A stretch of DNA of 676 nucleotides from Escherichia coli. GTDB lineage: Bacteria > Pseudomonadota > Gammaproteobacteria > Enterobacterales > Enterobacteriaceae. Below the pieces are notes generated by a model. That model saw only the letters and a program-made list of their open reading frames with translations. It was not told where the DNA came from and searched no databases. This document shows, piece by piece, positions 1 to 676 of the stretch. The translations under genes and the position numbers were made by a program. The first letter of the stretch is position 1. Each line of letters begins with the position of its first letter. The DNA lies in assembly GCF_003334405.1 (NCBI RefSeq), contig NZ_QOWM01000058.1; one strand, given 5' to 3'.

Positions 1-676
1 GTAAGTCACTGTGTGGATTATCATAACGGTAGCGGGTGATATCGCCGTCAGGGGCAGTTTCCTGAATCAGACGGCCCAATTCATCATATTCCCGGCGCAA
101 TTCCAGCCCGTCAGGCCCGGTGGCTGACGTTAACTGGTTGTGGTGGTTATAGTAAAACGCCGATGCCCTGCCATCCGGCGTGGTTATGCGCGTGATGAGG
201 CCCGTCACCACATCCGGGCTGTACTCTGTTGTCCTGCCTGCGGCATCCGTCTGTGCCCTGAGCCTGCCCACGGCGTCAAACTGACTCTGCGTGACGCTGC
301 CGTCCGCGTGTTCCTTTTTCACCACCCGCTTCAGCCCGGCTTCGCCCTGCGTGTGCAGCACTTCACGGCGGTCCAGGCTGTCGGTGATGGTGATGCGGTC
401 TTTCTCATACTGATACGTGTAGCTTAAGCCTGCCGGGTTTAGCTGTTCTGTCACCCGCCCGTCGCTGTCGTAACGGTAACGGATTTCCGGCCGGCCCGTG
501 TGACGGTGCGCCACCATCCGGCCCCGGTATTTATCATCGTAAGTAAAGCTGCGCACCTGTTTGCCACTACGGTCATACACCACCGCCAGTTCGCCGCGTG
601 GCGTCCAGCCATAGCGCACCAGCGGCGCGGCAGGTAAATTCTCCGGGTATTCCGGGTCGTGCGTCAGCCACACGGC
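1..676 (-). CDS. Rhs-family YD-repeat core protein (polymorphic toxin scaffold), internal fragment, partial at both ends
   Basis: Hand translation of the reverse complement, with codons ending at plus position 676 (base 1 is a partial codon), gives 225 residues and no stop: AVWLTHDPEYPENLPAAPLVRYGWTPRGELAVVYDRSGKQVRSFTYDDKYRGRMVAHRHTGRPEIRYRYDSDGRVTEQLNPAGLSYTYQYEKDRITITDSLDRREVLHTQGEAGLKRVVKKEHADGSVTQSQFDAVGRLRAQTDAAGRTTEYSPDVVTGLITRITTPDGRASAFYYNHHNQLTSATGPDGLELRREYDELGRLIQETAPDGDITRYRYDNPHSDL. It contains repeated YD-repeat signatures (YxYD followed by G/R-rich turns), which I recognise from memory as E. coli-type Rhs core (rhsA/B/C/D-like); I cannot tell which paralog from this fragment, so no symbol is given. 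Third-codon positions are strongly G/C-biased in this frame (about 20 of the first 25 codons), supporting the frame. Window GC is about 60% by hand count. No start or stop codon lies in the window. Confidence 0.93.

Noticed and set aside
291-320. Possible plus-strand intrinsic terminator: a short GC stem (gacg...cgtc) followed by the T-rich run 'ttcctttttc'
   Set aside because: The stem is only about 4 bp and the T-run is interrupted. The sequence sits in the middle of an intact opposite-strand reading frame, where it encodes the KKEHADGS stretch. It is better explained by coding constraint than by a terminator.
140-427. Plus-strand 95-aa ORF from the supplied six-frame track (MVVIVKRRCPAIRRGYARDEARHH...)
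   Set aside because: It lies antisense to, and wholly within, a strongly supported minus-strand Rhs coding frame. Its translation is Arg/Cys/Ala/His-rich and low-complexity, as expected for a shadow ORF in GC-rich coding DNA, with no recognisable domain and no convincing ribosome-binding site upstream. Not called as a gene.
487-494. GC palindrome 'ccggccgg'
   Set aside because: A short palindrome like this is expected by chance in 60% GC coding sequence. Here it encodes part of the GRPE stretch of the Rhs frame, and there is no flanking evidence of a regulatory site or mobile-element end.
1-676. A previously undescribed biological system within this window
   Set aside because: The entire window is accounted for by a conserved Rhs core fragment, with no intergenic space, no second gene and no unexplained structure. 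Any novelty would be in the variable C-terminal tip and immunity region outside the window; claiming it here would be unsupported.
1-676. Pseudogene or disrupted Rhs fragment
   Set aside because: The minus-strand frame is open across all 225 codons with no stop or frameshift. Whether the full gene is intact cannot be judged from an internal fragment.

Overview
The whole 676-bp window is an internal fragment of one large minus-strand gene encoding an Rhs-family YD-repeat core protein, of the kind found in E. coli and related Enterobacteriaceae. Reading the reverse complement from position 676 gives 225 codons with no stop, rich in YD-repeat motifs (RYRYD, VVYDRSG, FTYDDKYRGRMV, REYDELGRLIQ). 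The gene runs off both edges, so no start, stop, promoter or terminator is visible. The supplied plus-strand ORF (140..427) is an antisense shadow ORF and is not called as a gene. Nothing in this window looks novel: it is conserved Rhs core. Any variable toxin tip and immunity gene would lie beyond the left edge (below coordinate 1).
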